64,000 bases of DNA from the NCBI RefSeq assembly GCF_006345805.1, contig NC_043000.1, positions 129,208,001 to 129,272,000 on the forward strand, written 5' to 3'. This stretch comes from Octopus sinensis. Taxonomy: Eukaryota. The position numbers and the translations under genes are program-made. This document shows, in pieces, positions 49,527-63,175 of this stretch (position 1 is its first letter; every line of letters begins with the position of its first letter). The notes under the pieces are model-generated. The model saw only the letters and a list, made by a program, of their open reading frames with translations, had not been told where the DNA came from and searched no databases.

Positions 49527-49700
49527 TCTATTATATAAAATCCATTCTGTCCGTCTGTGTGTGTCTTCTAGGATCTCGGGCATCCTCCATCCAATTGTGC
49601 TCAAATTTGATATGTAGATACCGACAGTATCAGGGCATGTATAACTCTTGAAAAAATTACAAAAATCGATTCCAGGTGAGAATGCGATCGATAAAGCCAT
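49527..49700 (+). mobile_element. Helitron/Helentron-like non-autonomous 5' region
   Basis: A|TCTATTATATAAAATCCATTCTGTCCGTCTGTGTG...ctcaaatttgatatgtag. Confidence 0.45.
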
Positions 49701-50912
49701 TTTTGTCCTGCTTTTCTTCTGTCAACCTGTACATAACTGCATCTTCCATTTTTTGTTGTTTTTGTACTGCTTAAAAGCATGTTTCTTTCCTGCCAAGCTT
49801 ACTGTTTAAACCATGTTTGTGTTCTCCCAGTCAACAGCCTTATTACTGGTACTTTAAACTCTTCGGTTGCATATTTGTGTGAATAAAATCGTTTTTCTTT
49901 GGAATAGAAAAAAAGTCTTCTTTTGCTGGTGTCTCAAATTTAGGTTAAATCAGTGTTTCTCAAAGGGGAGGCCTATGGGATGGTCGGACAAGTTGTTTTG
50001 AGAAAATTTGGTTTAAATGTTTGACAACTCAGCACCGTCCATTGGAGAGGGGGGGCGTTTTGCTTGTGTGTATATATAGGCACAGAAGTGGATGTGTGGT
50101 AAATAGTTTGCTTACCAACTACATGGTTCTGAATTTAGTCTTACTGCATGGCACCTTGGGTAAGTGTCTTCTACTTTAGCCTCGGTCCAAACAAAGCCTT
50201 GTGAGTGGATTTGGTAGATGGAAACTGAAAGAAGCCTGTTGTGTGTGTGTGTGTGTGTGTCTATGTTTGTCCTACCACCATTACTTGACAACCAGTCACC
50301 GCAAAAGAGATCAAACGAATGAGTACTAAGCTTATAATGAATAGGTCCTGGGGTTGATTTGTCTGACTAAAGGCGGTGCTCCAGCATGGCCGCAGTCAAA
50401 TGACTGAAACAAATAAATGAATATATGTGTGTATACCTATCTATCCATGTATGTATGCATGTGTGTGTGTATAGACACACACACACACACACATCAATAT
50501 AATGCTGTACAAAATCTGCTACATTTGAGCAGAAATACTCTACAGTATTATTGTCCTGGCGACTTATCTTCCCTTAAGCTATTATCCATTTTGTACTTCG
50601 TATACTTATGAGCTCACTGAAATGAGCTCTAACCAAAGAACATGGGGTCAATGTAATCAATGGAAACCCTTAATGATAATGCCACAGTATGGCTGTAGTC
50701 CAGTAGCTGAAGCTAATAAATGAATAAAAGTTCAAATTAATGAAACATCATACAAGGAGTGGCTGTATGGTAAGTAGCTTGCTTACCAACCACATGGTTT
50801 CTGGTTCAGTCTCACTGCGTGGCACCTTGGGCAAGTGTCTTCTACTATAGTCTCGGGCTGACCAAAGCCTTGTGAGTGAATTTGGTAGATGGAAACTGAA
50901 AGAAGCCCGTCG

Positions 50913-50953
<41 letters not shown>

Positions 50954-52412
50954 TGTTTGTATATGTTTGTGTGTCTATGTTTGTCCCCACAACATTGCTT
51001 GACAACTGAAGCTGGTGTGTTTGCATCCCCATCAATTAGTGGTTTGGCAAGAGAGACTGCTAAAATAAGTACTAGGCTTACAAAGAATAAGTCCAGGGGT
51101 CGATTTGTTCGACTGAAGTTAGTGCTCCAGCATGGTCGCAGTCAAATGACTGAAACAAATAAAAGAATAAAAGAATATTGTAATAATATTTATAGGTAAG
51201 ACAGATATCTATATTTGTTTATATGCAAGGAAAAGCAAGATCAAGTGCTTGTAGATGTTATGTCTCTTAAGTTCTATGTAGGAGAACATAAAAGAGCTGA
51301 ATCCTACCGTTTTTATATGATTTAATTAAAGGTATTGTTGTCATCATTGTCATCATCATCATCATCATAATCGTTGTTGTCATAGTTGCCACACCACCAC
51401 TACCATACTCCTCCTCCTCCTCCTTCCCCCTCTTCCTCCTTATCATCATCATCTCACATACTACTCTGCCTCTGTAACTGCTGCTCTATCCACATCTATC
51501 CCCTCCTCCTCCTTCTACTTTTAACCCCCCACCTTTTCCACCTCTTTATCATCATCATCAATTATCCTTGTTGTCGTTGTCGCAGTCGTCGTCGTAGTCA
51601 GTACCATCACCACCACAACCACTATCATCATCATTATCATCATCGTCCTTATCATTACTATTGTTAACAATTTACATCTGTGTTTCAGTACTGGTATGTG
51701 TTAGATGCTTCTCACTGTGTCTTGCCATCTATCACAGTTTTTGTTATCTGACAAACACGATAACATTGCTTGTTGTTGTGTATATTTCTTATTTCTCTTT
51801 CACCTTTTCTTTTTTGCTTGGCTTTTATGACCAGATATGCTTCCTACATACCAGCAGCCTTCAGATGCAGTTTAATGCCTTACCCAAGACCAACAGTATA
51901 TCTGAGTTGGCAGAAACGTTAGCACGCCGGGCGTAATGCGTAGCCGCATTTCGTCTGTCGTTACGTTGTGAGTTCAAATTCCGCCGAGGTCGACTTTGCT
52001 TTTCATCTTTCGGGGTCAATAAATTAAGTACCAGTTACGCACTGGGGTTTATGTAATTGACTTAATCCCTTTGTCTGTTCCCTCTATGTTTAGCCCCTTG
52101 TGGGCAATAAAGAAATATAATTACATTATCTCTGCATCCGTGTATCCTTCTATTTTTGAGATGGTAGCCTCCTTATCGGTTCTATGTTGTTGTTTAAGTC
52201 CAGGTCATCCTGAACAAACCTATGCCACCAGTACTAGACTGGTTGTTTGTGGTAAATGTCTCCTCTAACTTGTACATCTTAGAGGGGTGCTTTTAACTTA
52301 TGATAGAGTTGCAGGGGCACCATCATAGGTTATGACATGTCTTAGGTATTTCAACACTTTAGTATTCAGATTTTTTTGTCAAAAATAATATTTATTGATT
52401 CATATTGAGTCA

Positions 52413-52653
52413 TAGGCGCAGGAGTGGCTGTGTGGTAAGTAGCTTGCTATAGGCGAAGGAGTGGCTGTATGGTAAGTAGCTTGCTACAGGTGCAGGAGCG
52501 GCTGTGTGGTAAGTAGCTTGTCTACCAACCACATGGTTCCGGGTTCAGTCCCACTGTGTGGCACCTTAGGCAAGTGTCTTCTACTATAGCATCGGGCCGA
52601 CCAAAGCCTTGTGAGTGGATTTGGTAGACGGAAACTGAGAGAAGCCCGTCGTA

Positions 52654-52704
<51 letters not shown>

Positions 52705-52905
52705 TTGTCCCCTAGCATTGCTTTACAACCGATGCTGGTGTGTTTATGTCCCCGTTACTTAGCTGTTTGGCAAAAGAGACTGATAGAATAAGTACTGGGC
52801 TTACAAAAGAATAAGTCCCGGGGTCGAGTTTCTCGATTAAAAAGGCGGTGCTCCAGCATGGCCGCAGTCAAATGACTGAAACAAGTAAAAGAGTAGAGTA
52901 AAGAG
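52413..52905 (+). mobile_element. SINE A with triplicated 5' head
   Basis: Three ~37-bp units aggcgcaggagtggctgtgtggtaagtagcttgc before a complete body. Confidence 0.9.
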
Positions 52906-55039
52906 TATATTGCTTTCAATTAAACAAGCATTATTTTGTCATTTCAAAATTTTGATGATGTGATTGTTTATTTTTAGAATTATTTTATTGAGTAGGTGTG
53001 AGGGACCAGATCTGGTCAGTTGAATATAAAACATGTAGAATTATTTGGACAGTTATGGCCAGTTTAAATGCTAAAGGGTTAAACTTTGTGAAGCCCATCC
53101 CTCTCTGGATCTCAATTTCTTTGCCAAATAAACACATACTCTTTTACTTGTTTCAGTCATTTGACTGTGGCCATGCTGGAGCACCACCTTTAGTCGAGCA
53201 AATCGACCCCCAGGACTTATTCTTTGTAAGCCCAGTACTTATTCTATCAGTCTCTTTTGCTGAACCGCTAAGTGACGAGGATGTAAACACACCAGCATCG
53301 GTTATCAAGCAATGCTAGGGGAACAAACAGACACACAAACACACACATACATATATATATATGCATATATACGACAGGCCTCCTTCAGTTTCTGTCCACC
53401 AAATTCACTCACAAGGCATTGGTCGGCCCGGGGCTATAGCAGAAGGCACTTGCCCAAGATGCCACAGCAAAATCAACATCAATGGATGGGTATAGGAACA
53501 CTGAAAATTTCATTTTACTTTGTCTTCCAGTTGTCATTGTAACTGTTACAGATAAGATTTACTCTCCCTTGTATGTCTACATTTATCAATTTGTATTTCA
53601 GTGTCATCTCCCTTGTTCCTTTTGACATGAGTTACCATTAATACTAGTGATTTATCTTCTCATTACACATGTATTTTATTTGATTAAAATATATTTTTGC
53701 CTTACTAGTTCAAATATGTTAGTTTATATACTTAACTATACGTGCATAATGCAGAAGGAATGCCAAGCAAATTTTGCAATGTAAGTAATTTCATGTACTT
53801 GTTTTTAGAATTAACCCTTCAATACTTGTCTATAATGCTCATTATTTGTCTTGGAGGTAAAAAAAAAAGCATGTGACAAATTTCAACTACAATTATGCTA
53901 TGATTAAGCAAGCAAGCTTTACTTCCTAATTAAGGCATCTCAATATAATTATGTATTATGCTAATGGCATAATGCATAGTTATGTCAAGCAGTCGCAAGG
54001 TCAATAAGGGAGCCACTCTGTAGGCACTCAATCTTTTTAAAAATAGCAGCCAAATTCCAATCAAACCACACCCAGTTGTCTCAGAAAGCAGATGGAATTA
54101 TTATCACTACAACTCCTTTGATTATAGGTTTACTAAATCTGGTCTGATTTAAGGTTGGTAAAAACCATCAACATCGACATCAACAACAACATGGTGTGAA
54201 TGAATATGTCGAAAATTTTCTTTTTTATCAAACAAAGGGTCAGTCTCAAAATGTTTGATTCCTCTTCCCTTCGTAGCAAATGAACTCTTTCTCTTTTACT
54301 TGTTTCAGTCATGTGACTGTGGTCATGCTGGAGCACCGCCTTTAGTCGAGCAAATCGACCCCAGGACTTATTCTTTGTAAGCCTAGTACTTATTCTATCG
54401 GTCTCTTTCGCCGAACTGCTAAGTTACGGGAATGTAAACACATCAGCATCGGTTGTCAAGTGATGTTGGGGGGACAAACACAAACACACAAACACATCAT
54501 CATCATCATCATCGTTTAACGTCCGTTCTCCATGATGATGATGATGATGTGTGTTTGTGTGTTTGTGTTTGTCCCCCCAACATCACTTGATAACATATAT
54601 ATGACAGGCTTCTTTCAGTTTCCATCTACCAAATCCACTCACAAGGCTTTGGTCAGCCTGAGGCTATAGTAGAAGACACTTGCCCAAGGTGCCACACAGT
54701 GGGACTGAACCCAGAACCATATGGTTGGTAAACAAGCTACTTACCACACAGCCACTCCTACACCTGAACTCAGGTACATCACTGTATAAGTTGCCCACAC
54801 AGTTCAACCCCACCTCCCCCTCAGTTTATTTGCTTTTACTCACATGTCCATCATATACCAGCAAATCTGCATTTGTTGTATTTCTTCCTTCCTTCCTTGG
54901 GCTCTCATCTCTACATGGTGTCCCTGGGTGCACTTGTGCCACACACCTTGTCGTGGGTATTTTAACCCTGACGTAGCCTATCTCTTTCCAAGTCTGATCA
55001 CAGATGATTTCTTTCAGAGAGAGAGGGAAAGAAGGAGAA

Positions 55040-55061
55040 AAAGAAGAAGCAGTAGTAGCTC

Positions 55062-55097
<36 letters not shown>

Positions 55098-55147
55098 CTC
55101 TAGTAGTAGTAGTAGTAGCTCTAGTAGTAGTAGTAGTAGTAGTAGTA

Positions 55148-55189
<42 letters not shown>

Positions 55190-55238
55190 CTAGTAGTAGT
55201 AGTAGTAGTAGTAGTAGTAATAGTAGTAGTAGTAGCTC

Positions 55239-55272
<34 letters not shown>

Positions 55273-55310
55273 GGTGGTGGTGGTGGTGGTGGTGGTGGTT
55301 TTAGTAGTAG
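55040..55310. repeat. (TAG)n/(TGG)n microsatellite
   Basis: Compound trinucleotide tract; produces the poly-S/V/G pseudo-ORF. Confidence 0.95.
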
Positions 55311-55571
55311 TTAACTGAATTCTAAATGATGGGAAATGTCACTGTTACTTATTTATTCAGGAACTAGCAGATTCCAGTGATCAACAATAACAACAACAAC
55401 AACATGGTGATAATAGTAAGTAATGGTTTCTTTTATTTGCAATAAAGGCCTGAGATATTGGATACAGTACGAAGGTGGAATACAAAAGAAAACAATATAT
55501 AAAAATGGCTTGAGTTTTACATTGCATAAAAGAATGATTTCAGTAATAATAAAATCCTCCTCCTCCTCCTC

Positions 55572-55602
<31 letters not shown>

Positions 55603-55994
55603 GCATTTAACACCTGTTTTCCATGCTGGTATGGGTTGGACAGTTCAACAGGAAATGACAGGTCAGAAGATTGCACCACGCCCTGCTGTCTGCTTTGGCA
55701 TGGTTTCGATAGCTGGATGTCCTACCTAAGGCCAAACCACTTTACAGTTTAAATGTGGTGTCAGCAGCAGGGAAGTCACCAGGTAACCTTGCAAGACAAA
55801 ACCCCTCAACTGAAGTGGGGATTGTTGAAGAACAGAAAAAAAAAATGTCTTGCATTAAAGAGGAAATAAGGCAGCTTCAAGTGGGGAGAGAATGGAGAGA
55901 ATGAAAGAAGGGAGAGAGAGAAGATGTAAAGATGTGATGGTGAGTGGTCTAGGGATTGGAGAGAGTATGCATTAATAAATAGATAATAATGGTT

Positions 55995-56432
55995 TTAAAA
56001 ATATAGAACAACCTCCAGAATGGTGCCAGCTACCTTTATTTCCAATGTGTTTGACACAATAATGCTAACATTGTGTACATATATAGACACAGCTCTTTTA
56101 TGTCTCAATTTAAATAGGATATCCCTCAATGTCTCCAGTTTCCATAACAATGGTTCCAGCACCAAAACACACAGAAAAGATGAGTGGGAGTATCTTTGAC
56201 AACCCATTGAAAAGAAATAAACAATTCGGATACCGTAGTCCAATATATTTTCAAAGGAAGATCGGATGGACATGACTAGAATATTATTAACTATGGATCT
56301 ATTCAATAAATGTCGACCTGGGGCTAAATTGCAAAGAGCTTGCATCAGTATTTCTTCTAATAGTTTGCTGTGGGCGTATGAGAAATTTGCTTCTGTACAA
56401 ATTTTGTCTTTCTTTGCAAAGTAAGAGAGCAT
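55995..56432 (-). pseudogene. L1/Tx1-clade LINE reverse-transcriptase fragment
   Basis: GC..SHSSFLCVLVLEPLLWKLE..VSIYVHNVSIIVS matches the QGCPLSP..LEPL..YADD region, with the catalytic motif decayed. Confidence 0.7.
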
Positions 56433-59254
56433 CCATGCAAGTAACCATCTTCAATTGTAAAAAAATTCGATTTCATCTTGAAAATCTTGTGTGCTCATCT
56501 TGTTTTGCATTTATTGTTTCCTGTGTGCTTTAGTTGTAAAATATGTGTGTGCATGCACAAGTACACAGCTTAGCAGAAACATTGGTCTACAGAAAACTAG
56601 ATGGGTCGAGCCATTGTGAATTATGTCTTGGCCATGACAATACAGTACTGGTAATAAGATATGAGTCAATATAATAAGCACCAATAATATCCTGAGATTG
56701 ATTCCATTGACTGAACTATTTCTCTGTGAAAACTTCTCTCCATGTCAAAGTAAAGAATCAATAATTAAGGTCATAGACAGTAAAAATGGCCAATAGAATG
56801 AAACCAGAGGAAATGTATTACTACAGTATTTAGTTTTGTTTCATTCAGTTAAGTGTTCACATCATCTAAGATTCATTACACAAACACCTAGAATCTACCA
56901 TCAGCACCTATAATCTACTAAAGTCAATTAAATATGCTATACTCTAACTCCATAAATTATTGGTTGTAGGAAGCTTTAAAACATTGACTTGAGGAACAGT
57001 GTAAGGAAATTTTAGAATAGATGTGAAGATATGTAATTTATATTTGGCAGATAAATTTTCAAGTGATGCCATTCATTAAATTTAGCATTCCTTGAGTTGG
57101 TATTACTACCTATTGTTCTGCATCAGATCTCTTTTATAATCCAGTTGTCAAAATAGATTTTAAAGCAAGATATTTCTATCATTAACTACTGCTAAATTTG
57201 GCAATGTTTGCTCTTCAGAATTGCTTTTATTTCTTCCCTGTTGGAAGTGTCTGTAAGTGCTACCTATTATTTCTGACCTCAAAGCATTGATTATATTAAG
57301 TTTATATAACAAAGTAACTATCAGACAGTTTTCAAAATCCTGTGAAGAACAAAAGTACACTGATAGAACAAATATAATTTGTATATAGATTGGATAAAAA
57401 CCATTTTTAGATTTAGATAACCTAAATCTTTGAATCTTTAAACTTTAAGAAAATAAATAAATTTGTGAGTATATTCACCTAATGTTATAAATTATCAAAC
57501 ATTTTAGATTCATTCTATATATAGTATATATGTCTACTTCATAAGTCTTGTTATATATAAACATATCATCATCATCATCAGCTTCATCATCAGTTTAAGA
57601 CCACTTTTTTGTGTTTGCATGAATCAGACAGAGTTTGTTGAGTCAGGTTTTCTACAGCTGGATTCCATTCCTGTCACCGACCTTCATCTGTTTTCAAGTA
57701 AGGTAATATTTCGTGTGGCCAGACATGTTTCCAGAGATGATTGGAAGCAAAAGGACGAGGCTAGTCGATTAGATTGACCCCAGCATGCAACTGGTACTTA
57801 ATTTATCAGCCCAGAAAGGATGAAATCCAAAGTTGACCTCGGCAGAATTTGAACTCAGAACGTAATGACAGACAGAATGCCGCTAAGCATTTCGTCCAGC
57901 GTGCTAACGATTTCGCCAGCTCACCACCTTAAAATATTGTAATAATAAAAGCAAAATGAGAAGAAGAGACAATAAAAGAAAAGAAAGTAGCAAATTAGAG
58001 AAGTTTAACTAATTCTACACTCTCTCTTTTATATATTTCTTCATTATGGTCGATCCCTCTGTACACCGTTATTTTTTATTTCAATAGTTGCCCAATCAGC
58101 CCAGCCTACACTTGTATTATTTTAATCTTCACACCTCACTTTGAGCTTAGACCTTTGTCAAAATCTTCAAAGGAGGCATTTGCTCAAGGTGTCACACAGT
58201 GAGGCTGAACCCCAAATCCTGTTGTTGGGAAGCAAACTTCTCAACTACACAGCCAAGCCTGCACCTATATTACATGTCTGTGACTTGTAAAAGGCATCCG
58301 TGCCGGTGACACACAAAAAAGGCACCTGTGCTGGTGACACATAAAAGGGCACCCATGCTGGTGGGTGTTATAAAAGACACCTAGTACACTTGGTAAAACA
58401 GCTGGCATTAGGAAGGGCATCCAGCCATAGAAACCAAACTAAAACAAGTTTGGCACAGCTCTCTGGCTTATCAGCTCCAGTCAAATCATCTAACCCATTC
58501 CAGCATGGAAAATAGATGTTAAATGATGATGATACACACATGTGCTTGTGTGTGTGTGTAATGAATTTCTGTAATGTTCCTGTCAATCAAATTTATACTC
58601 TCAAGCCATTGGTTAACCTGAGGCTAGAACAGTAGGATCAAATTCGGACCCACATGTTTGTAAAGCAAACTTCTTGGTGTGTCAGTGTGGTCGAGAAGTT
58701 TGCTTCCCAACCACATGGTTTCTGGTTCAGTCCCAATGCATGGCACCTTGAGCAAGTATCTTCTACTATAACCCCAGGCTTGTGAATGGATCTGGTAGGT
58801 GGAAGCTAAAAGAATCCCATTATATATTTGTGTGTCTGTGTAAGTTTGCATTTTCCTTGCTTTTACTGGTTTGTTAATAATGACTTCTTGATGGTGTCAT
58901 ATGACTGAAGTCCACCACAAAAACATATCCAGACTACTTGATATATCTTGACATGTCTGATTTTGTAAAAAAAAAAAAAGGACTCATAAACAAGGGATCA
59001 GTTATTTCCTGCTCTCTATGTAAAACATGTCCAAGGTGTTCGATATTTGATAGACTACGAGATGATTACCCAACTTGGAAACAAGAATGGTTTGACATCA
59101 AGAAGGGATTCTGCCTGTAGAGCCTCTGCTGCAGTGTACTTACATGTAACCCATGCAAACATGGAAAAGTAGGCAGTAAAAAAGATGATGTTTATGATGG
59201 ATGATGGAAGATGCTGGTTTTATATTGTCTGAAGATTGTCAGATATGTATTTCA

Positions 59255-59465
59255 CTACTGCCCACAAGGGGCTAAACACAGAGGGGACAAACGGATTATG
59301 TCGATTACATCGACCCCAGGACGTAACTGGTACTTAATTTATCGACCCCGAAAGGATGAAAGGCAAAGTCGACCTCGGCGGAATTTGAACTCAGAACGTA
59401 ACGGCAGACGAAATATGGCTACGCATTTCGCCCGGCGTGCTAACAAGTCTGCCAGCTCGCCGCCT
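59255..59465 (-). mobile_element. SINE B
   Basis: Near-consensus copy. Confidence 0.88.
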
Positions 59466-59959
59466 TGCAATGATTGTCAGATATGGAAATAGTTGTCATG
59501 ATATGTTAACCTATACATCAAACATACCATAATGTACGTATGTATGTGTGTGTGTGTGTGCGTCTGTGTGTGTGCATGCGAGCATGTAAAATTCATACCA
59601 TTTTCAAACTGCTATCTTAATTCTTATGATGCTTACTCGATCGTCAAACTTCTCTTGATGTCATGCCACTCAGTTTCCTCTTTATGAGCAGGTACATAGC
59701 AACATTGCATAAATACCTTAATGAATCCCTCTTGAAGAATTATGCTTCTCTTCACTTTCTTAAGCAGGGAAGTTACATTATTTTGCGCTTTTAACATGCT
59801 GACAACATAACTGCAAAAATAAAATAAATGAATGAATGAATTTGGGTTACTCAAAATTATTTACTTAAAGTTTATGGCAGTAATCTAAAGGCTTCATGAA
59901 CTATTCAAAAGTAGAAGAAACACTGTATAGAATGCCAGGATTCAATGTTGATCAGTATT

Positions 59960-61415
59960 GTTATGGAAATCCTTCAACTTCGATAATTGAAGAAAGCTAT
60001 GGGTTAGTGAAAATATAAACTGGAGCAGATGCAAAGTTCACAACTAGAAGCATTGCATCTGAATTGAACATAAGGAAAAGTTCTGGTCAACAAATACTCC
60101 ACGGCCATCTGAAGATGAATTATATCAGCAGGAGATGGATTTCCTCTCGTTTTGATAATTATAATATTTCATCCATGAAAAAAAGTTGAGTTGGGCAACA
60201 CATTAGCATTTTTTAAATTGTGATCCCCTAAAATATTTCTCAATAACTGTTGCCAGTGATGAGATATGGTTCTGCAGATACAATAAAGTAAACATATTCA
60301 GGCAAGTGATAATTTAACCCTTTAGAAGCCAACCCAACTGAGACTGCTGCTAGTTCTATGATATAAACTTCCTGTTTGAAAGTGATTTGAATTAAAATCT
60401 TCCATCAAAATTTTTGTTTTGTATTCGGTGGTATATAAGACATATTTTTTGCAAAAACCAAAAAAACTGTCTCAAAAAATCACCCCAGGCCCTCCTCTAC
60501 GTGAAGTTGAGCCTACATTACATGCTTTATTGCACTAAAAAATTATTCCTGGATATGTCCTACAGAAATGGGGATCTGTCTAATATGCTCATGAGTCTTT
60601 TTATGCCATCAGATATAGTAATTTATGTTCCAAGCTCCAGCTTAATATTTCTTTCAACTATATTTCTTTGAGTGCAAATCCTAACTCAACCTCTTTTAGT
60701 CAACTTCTATGACACACAGAGGGAATGTTCAGTTTCTTCTTTGATATGCCATCCTCACACAACACACACACACACATATACACACACACCATCATCATCA
60801 TCATCATCATCATCATCGTTTAACGGGTTGAATGGCCTCTAAACACAAGCTAAATAATGTCAGTTATTTCACTAAATTCTTCATTCTTTTAAAATCTAAT
60901 TGAAACAAAGGCATTGTATTCCATCAGAAATATAGCAATGAAAGGGTTCTGTATTCCATCAAACCATTAACAACATATTCAGTTTGAACCAAGGTAATAG
61001 CAAGTATTTTTTACAATCCCAAAGGATGTTATTCCTATTGAATATCTCAATGAAAGTGAAACTATGAAAGGTCAACATTAAGTGACAGTAATTAATATAC
61101 TAAGAAATAGAATTCAACAAATAATGGGCAAAATTAACAAGTGGAATTTTGTTTTATCATGATGATGCACCAGCAATAGCAGTTTTATTTGCGCTGAACT
61201 GATTTGTCAAAATCATTTCACAATTCTTCACAATTCCTTATAAGTTTGACTTCAAAAATATGGTTTGGATTTCTTCTCTTAAGCTCAAAAGAAGTTTAAA
61301 GGGACATCATTAGATAATCATTACAAAAGTTGAAGAAGCATTTGAAAATGTCATTGCAATAGAAAAACAATAAGATTTTTTTCACATCTGCTTTTCATAA
61401 AAATTGTAAATGGAT
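59960..61415 (+). mobile_element. Old mariner (DD34D-like) transposase relic, split by later insertions
   Basis: FTTRSIASELNIRKSSGQQILHGHLKMNYISRRW, VASDEIWF, HDDAPA, LKLKRSLKGH. A TTAA-CCCTTT piggyBac-like end lies at about 60314. Confidence 0.65.
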
Positions 61416-61765
61416 GGAGAAATGCGAAAACTTTGCCTTTCATCCTTTCAGTGTTGCTCAAATAAAAGTACCAGCCTAGTACCAAGGTTGATGGCATTGA
61501 CTAATTCCCTACTTTCAAAATGGTCAGCATTGTGCCTAAATCAGAAACAATTGTTGTTGTTGTTGTTGTTGTTGTTTACGTGCAGGTGGCACGTAAAAAG
61601 CACCCACTACACTCGCGGAGTGGTTGGCGTTAGGAAGGGCATCCAGCTGTAGAAACTCTGCCAGATCAGACTGGAGCCTGGTGCAACCCCTGGCTTCCCA
61701 GACCCTGGTCGAACCGTCCAACCCGTGCTAGCGCGGAAAACGGACGTTAAATGATGATGATGATG

Positions 61766-61799
<34 letters not shown>

Positions 61800-61807
<8 letters not shown>

Positions 61808-63175
61808 TTTTTTTTTTTTTTTCCTCCTTTCTCCAAATTTTCTTCCATTTCTCGCCGAGTGTTTGCCGTACACCTAGGGCAGAGAAGCTCATTGTATACA
61901 TTCCCAGATTACAATGCAAATTCACAATTAAAATATGTATTTAAAAAAAATTAATAAATAAATAAATTCATGAATGGATGTTGTTTTCACAGCGATAATG
62001 CTCTTCTAAGTTAACATGATTTTTTGCACTTCTTGTAGTGATGGTAAGCCTGGTATCATTTTCAAATAGGTTTCAGTACCTTTTTTTTATCATTCCTAGA
62101 GCTCCTACAATCACTGGTATTGTAGTCGCCTTGAAATGCCACATTTTTTCAGTTTCTATTAGCAAGTCTTTATATTTACTGATCTTCTGAAATTCTTCCA
62201 CCACTTTATTGTGATCGCAAGGAACACTCATGTCAATTAATAAACACATCCTTTTTGTCTGATCTTTTATAATAATATCCAGTTTATTGGCTTTTATAGT
62301 TTTGTCGGTATGTACGGGTAAGTCCCATAGAATCGACACATTTTCTCCTTCAGTCACAGCTTCAGGATGGTGTTTATACCATTTGTCAGCGGTTTTGATT
62401 TTATAATGCCGACATATTGTCCAGTGTAAATACTGGCCGACTCTGTCATGTCTTGCTTTATATTCTACAGGTGCTAAGACTCTACACCCTAAGATTAGGT
62501 GGTCTATAGTTTCAATCTCATCGTTACAGAATTGGCATTTTGGGTCTGCTCCATATTTTATCACATTGGCTTGGTAGTTCCGGGTTAATAAGCTTTGGTC
62601 TTGAGCTGCTAATATGAAACTTTCACTCTCCGCTTTTAGCCCTGAGCTTCGTAACCATTGGTGCGTGCGTTTCTGGTCGACATCAGCTTGTTTGCTACGG
62701 GCCACATACTTGCCATGCAGAGGTTTCTGTTCACATCTGCTAGCTAATTTTTCATGTGCTTTTGTCTTTGCAATTAATTTTCTTTTCTTTGCAGCAACAT
62801 TGGCACATTTCCTTCAACCTGATTGATCTGGGAGGTATCTAAGTGATCAGTTTGCTCTCTTTCAGAATATAGTGAAGTTTTTTCAGTCTTTCATGTTTTT
62901 CAACAAGTTTTAGCATCCAATCGTTGGTTGCTTCAAGGTATTTGGCCAGTCCGATTGTGGTAGGTTTGTATGTAAGTTCAAGCTGGATCAAGCCTCGACC
63001 TCCCTGAGCTCTGGGAAGGTAAAGACGATCCACGTCTATCTTTGGATGGTGCATCTTATTACAAGTCGCTAGCTTGCGGATTTTTCTGTCAATTTTCATT
63101 ATTTCACTGGTATTGCAGTTAAGCACATTGAAGCTATAAAGAACAATTGGGACTGTTAAGGAATTTATGGCTAAT
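61800..63175 (-). mobile_element. 5'-truncated R4/Dong-like RLE non-LTR retrotransposon
   Basis: ORFs 62839-63126 (DVDRLYLPRAQGGRGLI) and 62073-62705 (CQFC..ETIDHLILGC, RHDRV, KLDIIIKD..IDMSVP, KISKYKDL), 3' UTR, poly(A), then (TAA)n. Confidence 0.9.

Noticed and set aside
57160-57360. Minus-strand exon candidate after ttttgttcttcacag (DFENCLIVTLLYKL...)
   Set aside because: Good acceptor, but no recognisable protein and no partner exons; unsupported without RNA data.
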